Position numbers and translations under genes: made by a program
NCBI RefSeq assembly: GCF_009914755.1
Contig: NC_060932.1
DNA: 64,000 nucleotides
Reading direction: 5' to 3' (one strand)
Origin: the human T2T-CHM13v2.0 reference genome, Homo sapiens
The notes under the pieces: model-generated
What the model saw: the letters and a program-made list of their open reading frames with translations, nothing else
Database searches by the model: none
What the model was told of the DNA's origin: nothing
Shown here: positions 46,712 through 61,769 of the stretch, in pieces
Position numbering within the stretch: position 1 is the first letter of the stretch
Layout: each line of letters starts with the position of its first letter

Positions 46712-48349
46712 ACAACTATATAATTAAATGAGACCGCAAAGGTAGAAAGAAAAGAAGTGGACACACTTTCTGGTATTAAACCTTGACTCATATTCTGACT
46801 CAATAATTTCATACTGAAGTGGTATCAAGGAAATTAATAAATCTTCCTTAGCTTTTATTTACTCTTCAATCCATTGTTTAATGGGATTATTGGGAAAATC
46901 GAAGTGATATTGCATATGAAGCTCTAAGAATTATATGTAGAACATAAATATAAACAACTGTGATTGATCAGAATAATTGCAACAGCAATGCAATTTGCTT
47001 GTTAAAATGGAACAAAACTCAAAAATCACATATTTTAGGTTGAATGTTTTCATCTAAACACAGCTTTAATGATTAAACAAACAAAAACACTCAGGTAAAT
47101 TGAAATTTTAATGCATTTGAATAACCAAGTCATACCAACAATTGGCAAAAAAGAAAAAAAAAAAAATCTTAGCCTGCCTTGTGTGAATTTGCACACAAAA
47201 TATCAATGTGACATTTCTTCTTTGAAAGATTTTTAAAACAATAAATAGCAACAATCAAAATATTTTCAGGGAGTTAATTTAAAATAAAGAGCAGAAATGA
47301 CGTTATGGGCAGACAAGTGGTATCAGGAGAATGTGGTATATATTGATATTACAATTGATAGTACAGATCTGTAGTTGATATTACAGATCTGTTTTTTTTA
47401 ATTAAATTTTCAAAACTGTTATTCCACATATTTGCTCTTTCAACAAATATTTAATGAGCACATCTTTGTGGTAGGCACTCTTCTAGGCACTGTGTATATA
47501 GTGGTGAACAAACTAATGTTCCTGCTTTCATGAAATTTACTTTCTAGGTAATGCAAATATTCATATAAGTATAATGTAGTGATATAAATATGATTTCAGT
47601 AAATGTAACTAGAAGATAAGTAAGAAAAACTTGAATATAACTATCATAATATAAATCATGTTTACATTCACTATGTTTTGCTGAATTCTGTACTAACCTA
47701 GTGTAGATATTAATAGAAAGGAATAAATTCAATAGCTAATAGCAATAACAAACAAAACTTACAGAGTTTAAACTTAACAAATGGAAACATTTTTTACATG
47801 TAATGTTCTCATTTATTTTACTAATATACATAATGTTAGTTATGATGCTTTTATAGTTACAATTTCCCCCAAATTTTAATAATGAATGGGAACACAATAT
47901 TGCATTTAGTATTTTTTTTATTTACTATGAAGTGTCTTCTTGCTTCATTTTCTTCAAAGTATTTAGTAGGAAAATTAGGTATATTGTGTACCAAGTAAAT
48001 TTTAATGTACCTTATTAAATGAAATATAATGTCAATCTTGCTTTTTAATTACTCAGACTTTTACTATGAGTTTTAACTTTCAAATTAGCTGCAATGGCAA
48101 AGTCTGCTAGTACCCCACTCCCACTCCATCCCCTCCTATAAATGTTTTCCATTTGACTGCCCAGAATACATAGTAATAGCCTACTCTCTCTTGCTTTCTA
48201 TCCTCTCTTGCTTCTGTGTGAATAACTTCTTGCCAGTGGTATATATGTGAAAATGGCAGTTTGGGGAATCTTAGCAGATGGCTAGCATGTACCATTTTTT
48301 TCCACTATGTTCTTTGATATTCTTGCTGGAAGGAAATGGTTATGGCAGT

Positions 48350-49164
48350 GGTATTAGTCCATTTTTATGCTGCTGATAAAAACATACCCTAGACTGGCAA
48401 TTTACAAAAGAAAGAGGTTTAATGGACTTACAGTTACACGTGGCTGGGGAGGCCTCACAACCATGGTGGAAGGTGAAAGGCACATCTCACATGGTGGCAA
48501 ACAAAAAAAGAGAGCTTGTGCAGGGAAACTCCCTTTTTAAAACCAACAGATCTTGTGACACTTATTCACTATCACGAGAACAGCACTGCAAATCCTGTCC
48601 CCATGATTCAATTACCTCCCACCAGGTCCCTCCCACAACATGTGGGAATTCAAGATGAGATTTGGGTGGGGACACAGAGCTAAACCATATCATTCCACCC
48701 CAACCCCTGCCAAATCTCATGTCCTCACATTTCAAAACCAATCATGCCTTCCCAACAGTCCCCCAAAGTCTTAAGTCATTTCAGCATTAATGCAAAAGTC
48801 CACAGCCCAAAGTGTCATCTGAGACAAGGCAAGTCCCTTCCGCCTATGAAACTGTAAAATCAAAAGCAAGCTAGTTACTTGCGAGATACAATCGGGGTAC
48901 AGGTATTGGGGAAATACAGCCATTCCCAATGGGAGAAATTAAACAAAACAAAGGGGCTACAGGGTGCATGCAAGTGTGAAATCCAGTAGGGCAGTCAAAT
49001 CTTAACACTTCAAAATTGTCTCCTTTGACTCCATGTCTCACATCCAGGTCATACTGATGGAGTAGATGGGTTCCCATGGTCTTGAGCAGCTCCGCCCCTA
49101 TGGCCTTGCAGGGTACAGCCTTCCTATAGGCTGCTTTCATGGCAGATGTTAAGTGTCTGTGGCT
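48350..49164 (-). mobile_element. THE1B-like LTR (48350-48692) plus truncated internal region
   Basis: gtattagtcc...taaaccatatca then THE1-int, ending abruptly at gtgtctgtggct. Confidence 0.9.
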
Positions 49165-49211
49165 ATATATATCTGATCAGTTCTTTATATATATCTATAT
49201 ATGCTCTCTGT

Positions 49212-49538
49212 TCTTGAGGAGCAAGGAGAGCCAGTCCAAGTCCCAAAACTGAAGAACTTGGAGTCCAATGTTAGAGGGCAGGAAACATCCAGCACAGGAG
49301 TAAGATATAGGCTGGGAGGCTAGGCCATTCTAGTTTTTTCATGTTTTTCTTCCTGCTTTATATTCTAGCCATGCTGGCAGCTGATTAGATGGTTCCCACC
49401 CAGAGTAAGGGTGGGTCTGCTTCTCCTAGGCCACTGAGTCAAACGTTAATTTCCCTTGGCAACACCCTCACAGATGCACCTGGGATCAATACTTTGCATT
49501 CTTCAATTCAATCACATTGACATTCAGTATTAACAATC
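49212..49538 (-). mobile_element. MLT2A (HERV-L LTR), partial
   Basis: tgaggagcaaggagagccagtcc...gaagaacttggagtcc...ttgacattcagtattaacaatca. Confidence 0.88.
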
Positions 49539-49659
49539 AAAGCAGTTGTGATGATTGAAGCTGAATTAGCTATCTTTAACCATTAGGTAAAAATTGCATG
49601 CTAAGAATGAAGGGAAAACATAATGCATACAGTTTTAAAGAGTTTCAAATTTTCTATAT

Positions 49660-49955
49660 ATTTTTTAAGACAGAGTCTTACTTCGCCACGCAGGCTGGAA
49701 GGCTGGAGTGCAGTGGCGCCATCTCTGCTTGCTGCAACCTCTGTCTCCCAGGTTCAAGTGATTCTCATGCCTCAGCCTCCGGAGAAGCTGAGATTACAGG
49801 CGTGTGCTAACACACCCAGCTAATTTTTGTATTTTTAGTAGAGACAAGATTTGACCATGTTGCCCAGGCTAGTCTTGAATCCCTGAGATCAAGCAATCCT
49901 CCCATCTCAGCCTCCCAAAGTGCTCAGATTACAGGCATGAGCCCCACACCTGGCC
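49660..49955 (-). mobile_element. Alu (Jb/old S-like)
   Basis: Reverse Alu dimer. Confidence 0.9.
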
Positions 49956-52900
49956 TAAAGAGCTTAGAATTTTCATGAAGCTAAATTGGTTACCTCAAAA
50001 CTTATTTTATGTGACAGGAATAGTCTTCTGTCTTGTTAATCCACTGTTGTTTGGCATTTTATATGACTCAATCTTCCAGAGTTGGTTTCCAAAATTTCAG
50101 AAGTATTTTAGTCTTTGAAACATAAAGTGTACTCTTCGGTGAGATAAATTTCTATAAATTATGACAAGATTTACCTGATATAGATTAGTCCACTTGGCAA
50201 ATAAATTTTAAAATTTCAAAGTGGGTGCCCTTACCAGTGCAATTACATTATAGGGTAGATATGTTTTTATAGATTACCTGAAAATCTTACTATCATTTAT
50301 TAATTTTCTTTCAGAATACATATTTCCATAAATCATGGAAAGATATAACTTTGAAAACTATATTCTCTGTCCTCTATATCCCAACCTCTCGCCCACCACA
50401 GAGTTGTTATATAGCTAAGGAAATAAAGATACTGAGAATAATTGAGAAAATTTAAGTGGACTGACCAAGGAAACTGAAAATTGAAGAGGAAATTAGGTAG
50501 AGACTCAGACACACTGGGCACTGGATGATAAAGAACAGCTTGTGTGTCTGTAACACTAGCTTACTACCTCAAGGCACTGATTAAATTCAATTAAATCCAG
50601 TATTGTGCAGTGTGATGGGGGTATACAGAAGTAACCAAAATAGATGTTTTCCCCTGCCCTCATGGAGCCTTGAAAAACAGGGAAAACAAAGTAAATAAAA
50701 TTACAAGAATTTTGATGTAATGAATAGGAGAATACAGTGTGCTATAAAAGTGTGTATAAAATGGAATTAACAATGTCTTTCTGGAGTTCACAAAATGAGG
50801 GATTGATGTTTAAGGTCAGATTTTAATATGTACATGTTATTTTGATAACTTTGGTCACTAAAATGTTTGCAGACTGTTTTGGGGAAATTAAAGAACTTGA
50901 ACCACAACATAATCTATTTGCAATGCATAAAAAAATCCTATATAGCTGAAGAGTAGGGAGTAATGAAAGTATTGAGGCTGCAAGATAGGTAAAGGTCTCA
51001 TGTTGGGGGTCTTGGTAAGTTTTGCTATATTAAAGAGTAATACATATCATTAAAAGATTTTAAGCAGAAAGATTTAATAGACACGGATCCGCTAGAGCCT
51101 GGGACCTCACAAAACTGAGTCACGTCATCTCAATCTCAGCCGGAGCTGCGTTTTTGGCCACTTGAAAAGTGAATGTGGATCCCAATGCCTCTACCAATTT
51201 CAACTCAGTTTTATAGCGGTGTGAGAACCATATCTCTCTTCTCTTTGCCATAGTTACAGTCACCCTGTATGTGACAAGTGAAAAAGACAATAGAATGGAG
51301 ACATTTATTTTTCTGAGACTAGTGAAGCCTGCTCTGCCCACTGTTTTGACACAGGGCAATCTCTTGGAGACTAAGTATATTGTGGATTGAGTGTCTTTAC
51401 ATTTAACTTCTTAACTACAGTTTGATTTCTATTTTCAACCTTGCATAGAATATGGTAAGAAAATTTAAGCCTGAGTAAATTTCCATGTAAAAACCCTTTA
51501 TTATATACCAGCATGTAGGCAGTTGTAGGTCCAATTCCTTTTTGTCAACACAATAGCAGGTTTTTTTTTTTTTTCATTTTGCCTCAAAAACAAAGGTCAA
51601 TTGCTTTTTCAATAGCTATACTCTATGTTTCCTATCCATTAGACATGCGTCATGGCAATGATTTCTTAAGATATTTTCCTGAGGTTCAAATTTTCTTTTG
51701 AGTAGAAAAGAAAGTGAGATCCAGCTGCTTTTTTCATCGTATATATTCTCACTTGTTCAGGCTGTTATTTTTTTCAGTTTCTTTTTTCCTCTGAGGTTAT
51801 GTATGTTTATGCTATGTAAAAGGCTGAAGCCCCTGGCTCCCTTAGGGCAAATCAGAATTCCTATATGAGCAGCACACTGTAGTTTGTAATGTTTCATTGT
51901 TGTACTGTATTAAATACTGGTAGCTGCTTCTCACTAGTACCTTGCTCCTGAAATTGTCTCAGTGAGATTTGAATAGCAATAAGCTGTGTCATTAACCTTA
52001 ATCATGAAACCATGTCTACTGCATTTAAAAATAAATGCCTTATTTTGTGATGAGATATATGAATCATCAGCTTGGGGAGAAATTTATCTTTAACTCATCT
52101 AGTGGTTTTTGTGTTTGGTGATCCTTAACATTGAAATTGCTCTTAAAAATAAATCTTTTAGTATCAATAATTAAAAGGCAATCTATATTTGACATATATT
52201 AATGATCCATATTATCTGTGTACCAACATAAATTTGTGGAAAAGAGTGTGACAGGATTCTTGGCTTGGATAAAGCATGTGCTTACCTCCTGTCAAAATAA
52301 GAAATTGTGCTTATTTTTAAAGGATAAATCAGGCTGTGTCTAGAAACAAAAATATAATCTTAAATTCCTCATAAGAGGCTAGCACACCAAAGAATAAGAT
52401 AAAAATAAAATATTCTCACTACATTACTATTTGTACCTAAATGTCAATGCCATAAATTTAGCGGTTACTACCCAGAGAGGAATGGGTGATTGTTTAGAAA
52501 AGTAACCCAATTTATAATGTGTTCCAACTTTGCAATATGTTTTACAGTGATAGGATATCCAAATTAAATAAACAGCATATTTCGTTAGTCAGTTGTCAAC
52601 TGTTCTAACAACTGACTAAATATCTAGTTATAATTCTGACATTTTAACATTTTACATTACCTTTTTTTCTAATTCCATCTGTATATCCACACACATAAAT
52701 ATTAACTTATTTATTTAATTGGCATTTAGGTTAAAACACTAGACTTTTAATTATGATCATATAAACTTATTCTAACAAGTGAATTTTAGTTTAGTCATAA
52801 TAACTTTACATTTTAAAAATAGTTAATTTTTTAAAAATCTCATTTTTGGTATCTCTTTATATCTTATGAGGAATTTATGTTGTATTTAATTATAGTTGAT

Positions 52901-54694
52901 TTGGTCACAAGCCTTTCTAAATAATTAATTTCCAAATGACAATATTTGTAGGAGCAATGATGGCAACTTGAAGAACCTAATAATTATTTTCTGAGATTCT
53001 GTCTATATACTTAGACAGGCAATTTTATCACTGACTAAATTGGTCATTTAGTGTGCATGATCTTTCATGTCTTCATACCCACTTCTGGAGACTATTTCTA
53101 GCACCACAGGCATATCCTGCCTTCTTACAGGTAAACTCAAAAGATATGGCAAGTGAATCAAGGTTATGATGATGCATCTTTAAAAATAGGCAAGGTAGAA
53201 CTATTAAATGAGTAAGCCAACCTAGAAGTTGTCAAAAAAATATGTATGTACACATATAATTTATCAATGGCTTAAGATCATGTCTTAGAAGCGTTGGTAT
53301 CTCCAGAAAATGTGGAAACCAATATGAGAAAATTGAATAAAACGGAAGATAGGCTGAATGTAGTAGGCAAATCATTTGAAAGAAATGAGAGTAGTCTTAT
53401 AATACAAGTATTTCAATTGTTATCTCTGGCCAGTAGAAGGACAATCTGTTGCACTTTGACATGCTATTTTTAGATCACTTACACATTTTAGCCCCATTTA
53501 TTCAGAACTTCTGCTCATTAAAGACCACCTTTCTTCGTTATTTTTCCAGTTATTCTTGGTCTTGCATCTCTGGTCATGTATGTAATTCTCTAATAATGTC
53601 ACAATCCTTAAGGTGGAGCTTCAGTGAAACATTAAACCATTTTTCTGGTTTTCCTGCTTTCAGTGACTATGTGAATTCATCATGCCACCCTTCAGTAGTA
53701 GCTAGAATATTAGTGGTATTTTTTTCATTGTGTAAGCCAGCCAAGAGTACTTGACTTTTTGAAGAATATTGATTCAGTCTTAAGTAGAAACTTGACAGAT
53801 GGATATAGGGTGGACCAATACACTTCACAGAGCATATAGTGTGATCAATCTACAGAGGCATATATGGGCAAGCTGATTCTTTCAGAATGAGTAGGCCCAT
53901 CAGCAATAGAGTAGATTAGAGATGTATGTAAGACTCAGTCAGATTCAGTTTTTCTTTGTCCTAAAGTATACTTTTTTCATACAGAATTATAATATACATA
54001 TTACCTCTATTTATAATTCATTTTATAATGATATATTACATAGAAATTGTTTACTTAAAAATTTATATATTATATATTTTATGATTTTTAGAAAAATACC
54101 CCAAATAAATGTTGATTTAATGTTATATATCCAAACACATATTTCAGATATTATACATAGGTCCTTCATAATATAATCTACAACTCTAAATGTAATACAT
54201 TTAATTGGACATAAATTTACTTTTTTGAAAATATCCTTCAAGGTAAAATGGGAGATTGCATAATATTTGAAGTCATTTTATATTAATGCATATGTGAGGC
54301 AAGGCTTATAAATCAATTAAAGTTGTTTAATTTTATTTTATTCTGTAATTTACCACACTGCTTGCTTTTTCAGAAAAAAATAATAATTCATATTCATGGC
54401 CTTAATAACACGTTAGTTAAAGCAGTAATTTCTCTTCTTTTTATTCTATATTCTGTTATATAAAAGTGTTATGTCTTTGGGCAATTAATTTAGCACTTGA
54501 GATTTGAATAATTTTCTTATAGAAATATTAATGGCATTTTGATAAGAAAGTGATTATTTAGAAGTTTTTTAAATTGTGATCTAAGCATTTTGTATCATTT
54601 AAAGGGTTAAAGCATGCATTTATGTAAAAGTATTCTAATATTTTCAAATATTATTTCTTCTCATAAGGCTGTATTTTTTACTAGATACCATTAA

Positions 54695-55093
<399 letters not shown>

Positions 55094-57169
55094 TGTTTTT
55101 TTGTTTGTTTGTTTTTTTGGTTTTTTTTTAAATAAGTTGGTGCCACTATTGTTCACACTGTTGGAAAGAGAAAAAGATAACTTATATACCATTCAATTTT
55201 GTTCTTTTAAAGTGCAAAATTTTGTGGGTTTTAGTACATTCACAGAATTCTACAACCATCACATAATCAGTTTTTGAACATTTTCATCACTCCCTAAAAG
55301 AAATTGTGTAACCATTACCAATTTCTCCCCAGAGTCACTCCTTTTTGCCTTAGAAATTCTCAATTTACAGTTAAATTCCCAAGCAAATGTAATGTTTTTC
55401 TCTCTGTTATTCTTTATTTTCTCAATTTGGTAGATAATGCAAGTGACAGCAGCAATTTTAATCCCCTATTCTTTGGCACAGTATAGCTAGTTTTTAGCTA
55501 CAACTAAAATAGTTTATAATTAATCTATTTTTTGATAGCATTAAAAATGACATGAAAAATCTTATAACTTCCCTTCAAAAAGACCTCTAAGTATCTCTGA
55601 AGTGGTGATATGTATATCTAATTGTAAGGGTGATTTTATTTAATTAACATTAAAAATTAGGACTTATAATAAATGTAATTTACTGTTACACACTTACATA
55701 TATCACTATATAATACTAATTTTTACTGCAAGAACACTGATGGACAACTGAAATGTACCTATGATCAGAGAAAGAAAAAAACATGCTATATTGTTTATCA
55801 CTGAGTGGAAAAAAGAAATTAGGAAAGAACTTCTTTCCAAGCAATAATGACACCATCCTTATCATCTATTCATATCTCCAAGTCTCAAATTTCTTTATTA
55901 CAATGATATAAAACCACCTACAGGGCAGTGTTCTCTGTGATCCATGGATGCAAGGTTTCTTCCAAATAAGGCTTTCTGCATTGAAAAAGCTTAATATTTT
56001 TTCACTCATCACATTCTCAGTATAGCTCTCTTGAGGGTAAAATTCCTAACGTCACATTAAATAGCTATGCCTCCCAAGAAGAAAGTGGCTGCATAATGAT
56101 AACTTTATTATTGAGGAAATATGAGAGAGGTACTTTACAGAGGAGAATTGATATATTTTGTAAATATAGATGATTTCTACTACACAAATATACCTTATGC
56201 CAAAGCAGGTCAGTACGCTGAATCACAATGATCTTGCATAATTGTGTTTGGAGGGTAAGATTCCCAGCACTGCAATTAGGAGTTCTCCAAAGCACACTAT
56301 ACACATGAGGTGTGAATCACTGATAACACATCTCATTAATGACCTAACTTAATTATTACCTGGGTTCTTCTAGAGACTAAATCACCAATTTAAAGTGTAT
56401 TTGGGGCTGCAAATCACATCTGAAAGAGACAAAATCCTGGGTAAACATTGCTGCAATAAGGATTGTTTTCTAGACATTTACCCATGAGACTTTATGATGG
56501 CATTATAAATGCTTACTTAGTGTACATTATAATGATGTTTCTCAATAGTGGGAGTCTCAGAATTATTTTGATTTAATACTCTATCTAGGATTATACTCGA
56601 AGTTTCACACCAAGCCCCTGAAACAGATGCTGACTCCAGGGTACAATTCTTTTCAAGGCAACCACATGCTGCCTGCAGTATAAGACACTTCTTCCACTGT
56701 GGCAGCAAACCGCCAGTACTGCAATAACTGACTTGGAAATGGATTTAATAGATGCTTCCTAATGGTGAGACTTCTGCTGTCAATACGATAGTGTACACTT
56801 TGTTTTCAAGGCACAATTGTCCACAGGCAATCATCTATGAGTTCAAGTTTGATAAATTAACCATAACAAGACTTACATTTTACTGTAACTTTATAATTTT
56901 TAAAATGTTTTCATATGTTATATTTTGTTTTTGTTACACAATGTATAAAATATGATTCCTCAAAAAATATAAGTGAGAAATGCTCTGTTTTTTGCCTTGA
57001 AATCTCACCTCACTATGTGAATAAACATATTTTCAATGAAGCTAAAAGAAAAATACTTTGAAAAAACAATTTTTCAAGGTTATAGCTTTTCTCAATTTAA
57101 AAATGTTCAGCTTTAAGCGGGCAACAAATAGTTCTGATGAGATTTTATAATTGTTTTAAAATGTGTATT

Positions 57170-57960
57170 AAAGATAAGCTACACAAAGGGCAATAGACAT
57201 AAACAAGCACTTCATAGAAAAGGAAATTCAAATGAAGAAATAATCCTATGAAGATATGCTATACTTTCTTAACAATCTGGTAAATAGAAATTGAGCTACA
57301 ATGAGATGAAATTTTTTACAACCACTAGATAGGCCTCAACCAAAGTACAGGCAAAGAGATGGAAAAATAGCATCCTCCAGCACAACTAATGGAAGTGTAA
57401 TTGGTACAACTACTTTAGGAAATAACTTGAACTTGTTTGATAAAGCTGATCATGCATACAACCTATGACCAAGCAATTTCAATCTTAGTTACATAATGTA
57501 GACAAATTATACATATATGTATTATATATGTTATATATACATATATACACACACATATACATATATACATCAGTTGACAGGCAGGGCAGAAGGCTGTTCA
57601 TAACAACATTTTTTATAATACAAAAATTGAAAACATTCTATGGATACATTAACAGGAAAATCAAAAATTATACATATAAAATATAACAAAAATGTAATAA
57701 AAATGAATGGAACAAAACTACTCTCACCAACAAAATGAATCTTGAAAATATGATGTTGAGAATAGATGAAAATGTCATATCATTTCTATAACATTCAAAA
57801 GCAAGTACAAATAATAGTTTTTCATGAAAACATAGATGTATGGAAATGTTCTTCCCAAAAAAGCAATGAAATGATAAACATTAAATTCAAAATAGATTTT
57901 ACATCTAGGTTAAGTCAGAGGAATGAGTTAGTGAGAATGCATATCTGTATATTTTATTTT
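57170..57960 (+). mobile_element. Old L1M (L1ME-like) 3' remnant
   Basis: aatggaagtgtaattggtacaactacttt, acctatgaccaagcaatt, atgaatcttgaaaatatgatgttgag. Confidence 0.65.
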
Positions 57961-59329
57961 TATGCTTCCTGAATTTTATATACTTGAATATATTAATTAC
58001 TGTACAAACATATACAAAATTATATAAAAATGCTATCTAGAGATATAGAAATCTTCATTTTATGTTTAAAATATCATCAAAAAATATAAATCCATTATTT
58101 TTCAATGCCTAACTCGTAAGTCTAATTTTATCACTGTTAAAGTCAAAAATATATCAATATATATTTAACATTGATATCAAATATTTTCATATTATTGATT
58201 TTATTTAAGAAAAACATAATTTGCATTCTATCCTCTTATGTTATATTTGATAACTATTTGACAATTTGAATTTCTTAATCATTTTTTAACAGGACAATTA
58301 TTTGTGTCTTTGATATTGTGCACATCACTTGATTTAAATCAACCAATGGATTTGGAAAATTCAGTAGTTCACAATATTCATTTAAAAATAACTGAAAGGT
58401 TCATATTCAAAAAACCATAGTTTCATATATTTGATAATCTGTAAAACTCTTTAGAAAGATGTGAGCATTTTCTTATGACCTAGCCCTTTTCCGGGAAATA
58501 TACCTTGATTCCTAATTTGCATTTTGGAATGAATCCTGTGTTCTCATTTTGGCTTTTGTACCATCACTACAGATGTTCCTACATATTTTTGCCAGTTTAT
58601 TTAATGATGTGTTAAAAATGAACCTAAACTCTTCAAAATCCCCTTTCTCTTTTTTGTTATATCTTTGTCCAAACTTTCACAAAGTAATAAATCTTTCTCT
58701 TATTTGCCATATAAAATATTACATAGAATAAGCAAAATAGACTCACATCATTTTCACTTCATTAGTTTACTTATAATCTTTTCACATATTCCCAGTGCTC
58801 ATTAAATCATCATGCTGCTGAGTCTGTTTTCATATCTGGCTGCCACCTAAAACATTTATTATTGTCATTAAAAGGATATGAGGTTTTGTCTATTTTATTT
58901 GCTATTTTTTCTCACATTATTTAGTAATGCAAAATATTTAATATATCTATGTATTAATATTTTAAATATTAAATGAATTTAGTTTTTATAAATGCCTGAC
59001 AGATAAGTACAGAACATGCTGGGTCCATAAAACACAGCTTTGAAAAAAACCTCCATATGTTGATAAATTGCTAGAAAAAATAAAGAAGGAAACATCTAAA
59101 ACAGTATTGTATACCACTATAACTACTGTCTTTCACATTTTCAATACAGCCATAACAATATTTTAATTCAAATACACAGAAAATATAATGTAAGGCAGGA
59201 TTCTGCCTAAAGGGATTTCATGTTCAATTTTTACCCATAAAATAATGACCAAGAGTCAATTCACATCTCATAACTTTAGCAGGACACAGGATGTCTTGTT
59301 CCACTGTCCTATGCTCTGAGAGAGAGAAG

Positions 59330-60270
59330 TGTCATAGTTATCTATTGCTGCATAAGAAATTATGTCAAAAATTAGCGCCTTAAAATAGCATTTATAATCT
59401 CAGTTTTATAGCTAAGTCATCTCAGTTTTATAGCAAAGGCATAGCTTATCTGGGTTCTTTGCTTCAGAGTATTTCACAGGCTGCAATCAAGGTGTCCCCT
59501 AGGTTGTAGTTACCCGGACGTTCAACTGGGGAAGAATCACTTCTACACCCATTCTTATTGGTTAAATTCTGTTTCTCACAGGTTGCTTTCATTTCCTGTG
59601 TTTTGATTCCTTGTGTCTTAGTCCTTTGGGACTGATATAACAAACTACCATAAACTGGGTGGCTGACAAACAACAGAATTTTATTTCTTTTAGTTCTAGA
59701 TTCTGGGAAGTCTGTGATCAATGTGCCAGCACATTCAGTGTCCGGTGAGGGCCCACTCTCTTGATTCATAAGTGGCACCTTCTTATTGGGCCCTCACATG
59801 GTAGAAGAGGCAAGGGCATTCTCTGGGACTTCTTTTGTAAGGGCACTAATTCCATTTGGAGAGGCAGAGCCCTTATGACCTAATCATCTCCCAAAGACCC
59901 CCATCTTTTTATACAATAACCTTGGCGATGAGAATTCAACATAGGTACTGGGGGAGTCGCAAACATTCAGAACATAACACCTTGCTTGCTACTGGCTGAA
60001 GGTAACCCTCAGTTTCTGGCCATGTGTTTCTCTCCTTAGGGAAGTTCACAACGTGGCAGCTGGTTGAGTCAGAGCTGGTAAGAGGGCAAGAGAGAGTGTG
60101 AGCAAGATGGATATCTCCAGCTTTAGAACCGAATTTTGGAGCAGACAGGCATTACTTTTGCCATGTATTACTTTTTAGAAGCAAGTGACTAGTTGTAGCC
60201 CAAGGGGGTTACAACGGGAGAGGATTTCACAGTGAATACAAGGAAGTGAATGTTGGGAGTCATTTCAAAG
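59330..60270 (-). mobile_element. MLT1 (E/F-like) LTR interrupted by MLT1A0
   Basis: tgtcatagttatctattgctgc ... ggctgcaatcaaggtgtc ... tagaagcaagtgactag. Confidence 0.75.
59614..59979 (-). mobile_element. MLT1A0-like LTR with 5-bp TSD ccttg
   Basis: tgtcttagtcc...aaacattcagaacataaca; ccttg at 59609-59613 and 59980-59984. Confidence 0.88.
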
Positions 60271-60929
60271 ACCTTCAGAATAACCTATTTATTTCTGATT
60301 TTCCATCTACAACTTGGATTTCAAGGCATAAATACTAATTTCAGAATTTTCATGAAAATAGAATGATAGGTACATTCTTACAACAGTGTAGGGGATTCAT
60401 AAGTGATGTTGAAATATACGTTTGACAAATTTGTTTTCTAAAGCCAAAATAAAGTTAATAGAAAATTTTGGCCGTATATGAAGGCTAAAACTGAAATGTG
60501 ATACATGCCTGCTTGATTTTTTTTGCTACTGACAATATATTATAATTAAAAACTGGTATCTATTATAATTAATAGCAGGCATCTATCTTCCTGATCTTAA
60601 GTAAAATGTTTGATCATTAAATATGATATTTGATATAGTTTTATAGTATATAGCAATTACATAAGGAAATTTCAGCCTACTTTTAGATTTTTGAAGAGTT
60701 TTTAAGTTACATTTGTGTTTTGAAATATAGCAAATTTTTTATCTACATGTAGATAAAAATGATAACAATATCATTTTTTCTGTAATTTATAAATATGGCA
60801 GATTGCATCAGTAGATTAGTCCACTTGAGAAACAAATCTTAGAATTTCAAAATCTACATCAGTGGAGCTCTTTGACATTGCATTATCCTTGAATTCCTGA
60901 AATGTTCATACATATGGGTGTGTATGTAC

Positions 60930-60933
<4 letters not shown>

Positions 60934-60970
<37 letters not shown>
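60934..60970. repeat. (TG)n microsatellite
   Basis: Seen directly. Confidence 0.9.
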
Positions 60971-60973
<3 letters not shown>

Positions 60974-61769
60974 CTCAAAAAATATTTTAGGAACATAACT
61001 ACAGTATTTTTATAGTATGTTGATGTTACTCTATTTTTTCCAAAGCCATGGCTATCTTTATCTACTATGCTATTGTTCCCTTTAAATTTCACCTGAATGG
61101 TAGTAAAATTACTGCCCTCATATTAAATCAATGATGTGTTTAGCTTCAAGGAACAGAAAAACGTGTGGTAGGGACTTAAAAACATAGAACTTTATTTCTC
61201 TCATATAAAAAAAATCTGCAGGCAGACGTTTTTTATTCTGATTCAGCAGCTTAATAATGAGAGGGCAATAGTTGTTAATACCATCTAGTGTTCTGAACCA
61301 GACACAGAATGGGTATTGAAGTTTCTGCCATGCCATCTATATTGCAGCAGAAAAGAATGGGGAGGAAAACTGACAGATGCCTCTGTCAGAAAAGTAAACT
61401 GTTCCCAGGACACTAATTATACTTATGTGTCATCATCTGGCATTGTCCCATTAAGCCATCTTGGTGAGAAAGTGATTTGGATATGAAAGTTGGAAGTAAA
61501 CACTAGCAATGTTTGCCATATCCAATTTCCTTTTGGCTTATAGTTTGCCTAGCATAGAGTTTCAAAACTCTTTATTTTTAACTAACCTGTGGGATTATGT
61601 TTTATGTGTATCCTCTGCAGACAAACAAATAAATATTAACAGGTATTTTAATCATTCTCTTTTATGATTTTAATTTCATTTGTTTTGTGTTTGTTTTGTA
61701 TTTATTTTTTCTTAGAATTATTTAGAAATTATGTATCATATTTCAATTTCTGGTAGTAATAGATAAGTT

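Noticed and set aside
47343-47392. Local duplication ttgata(t/g)tacagatctgt
   Set aside because: Ordinary short slippage duplication in AT-rich DNA
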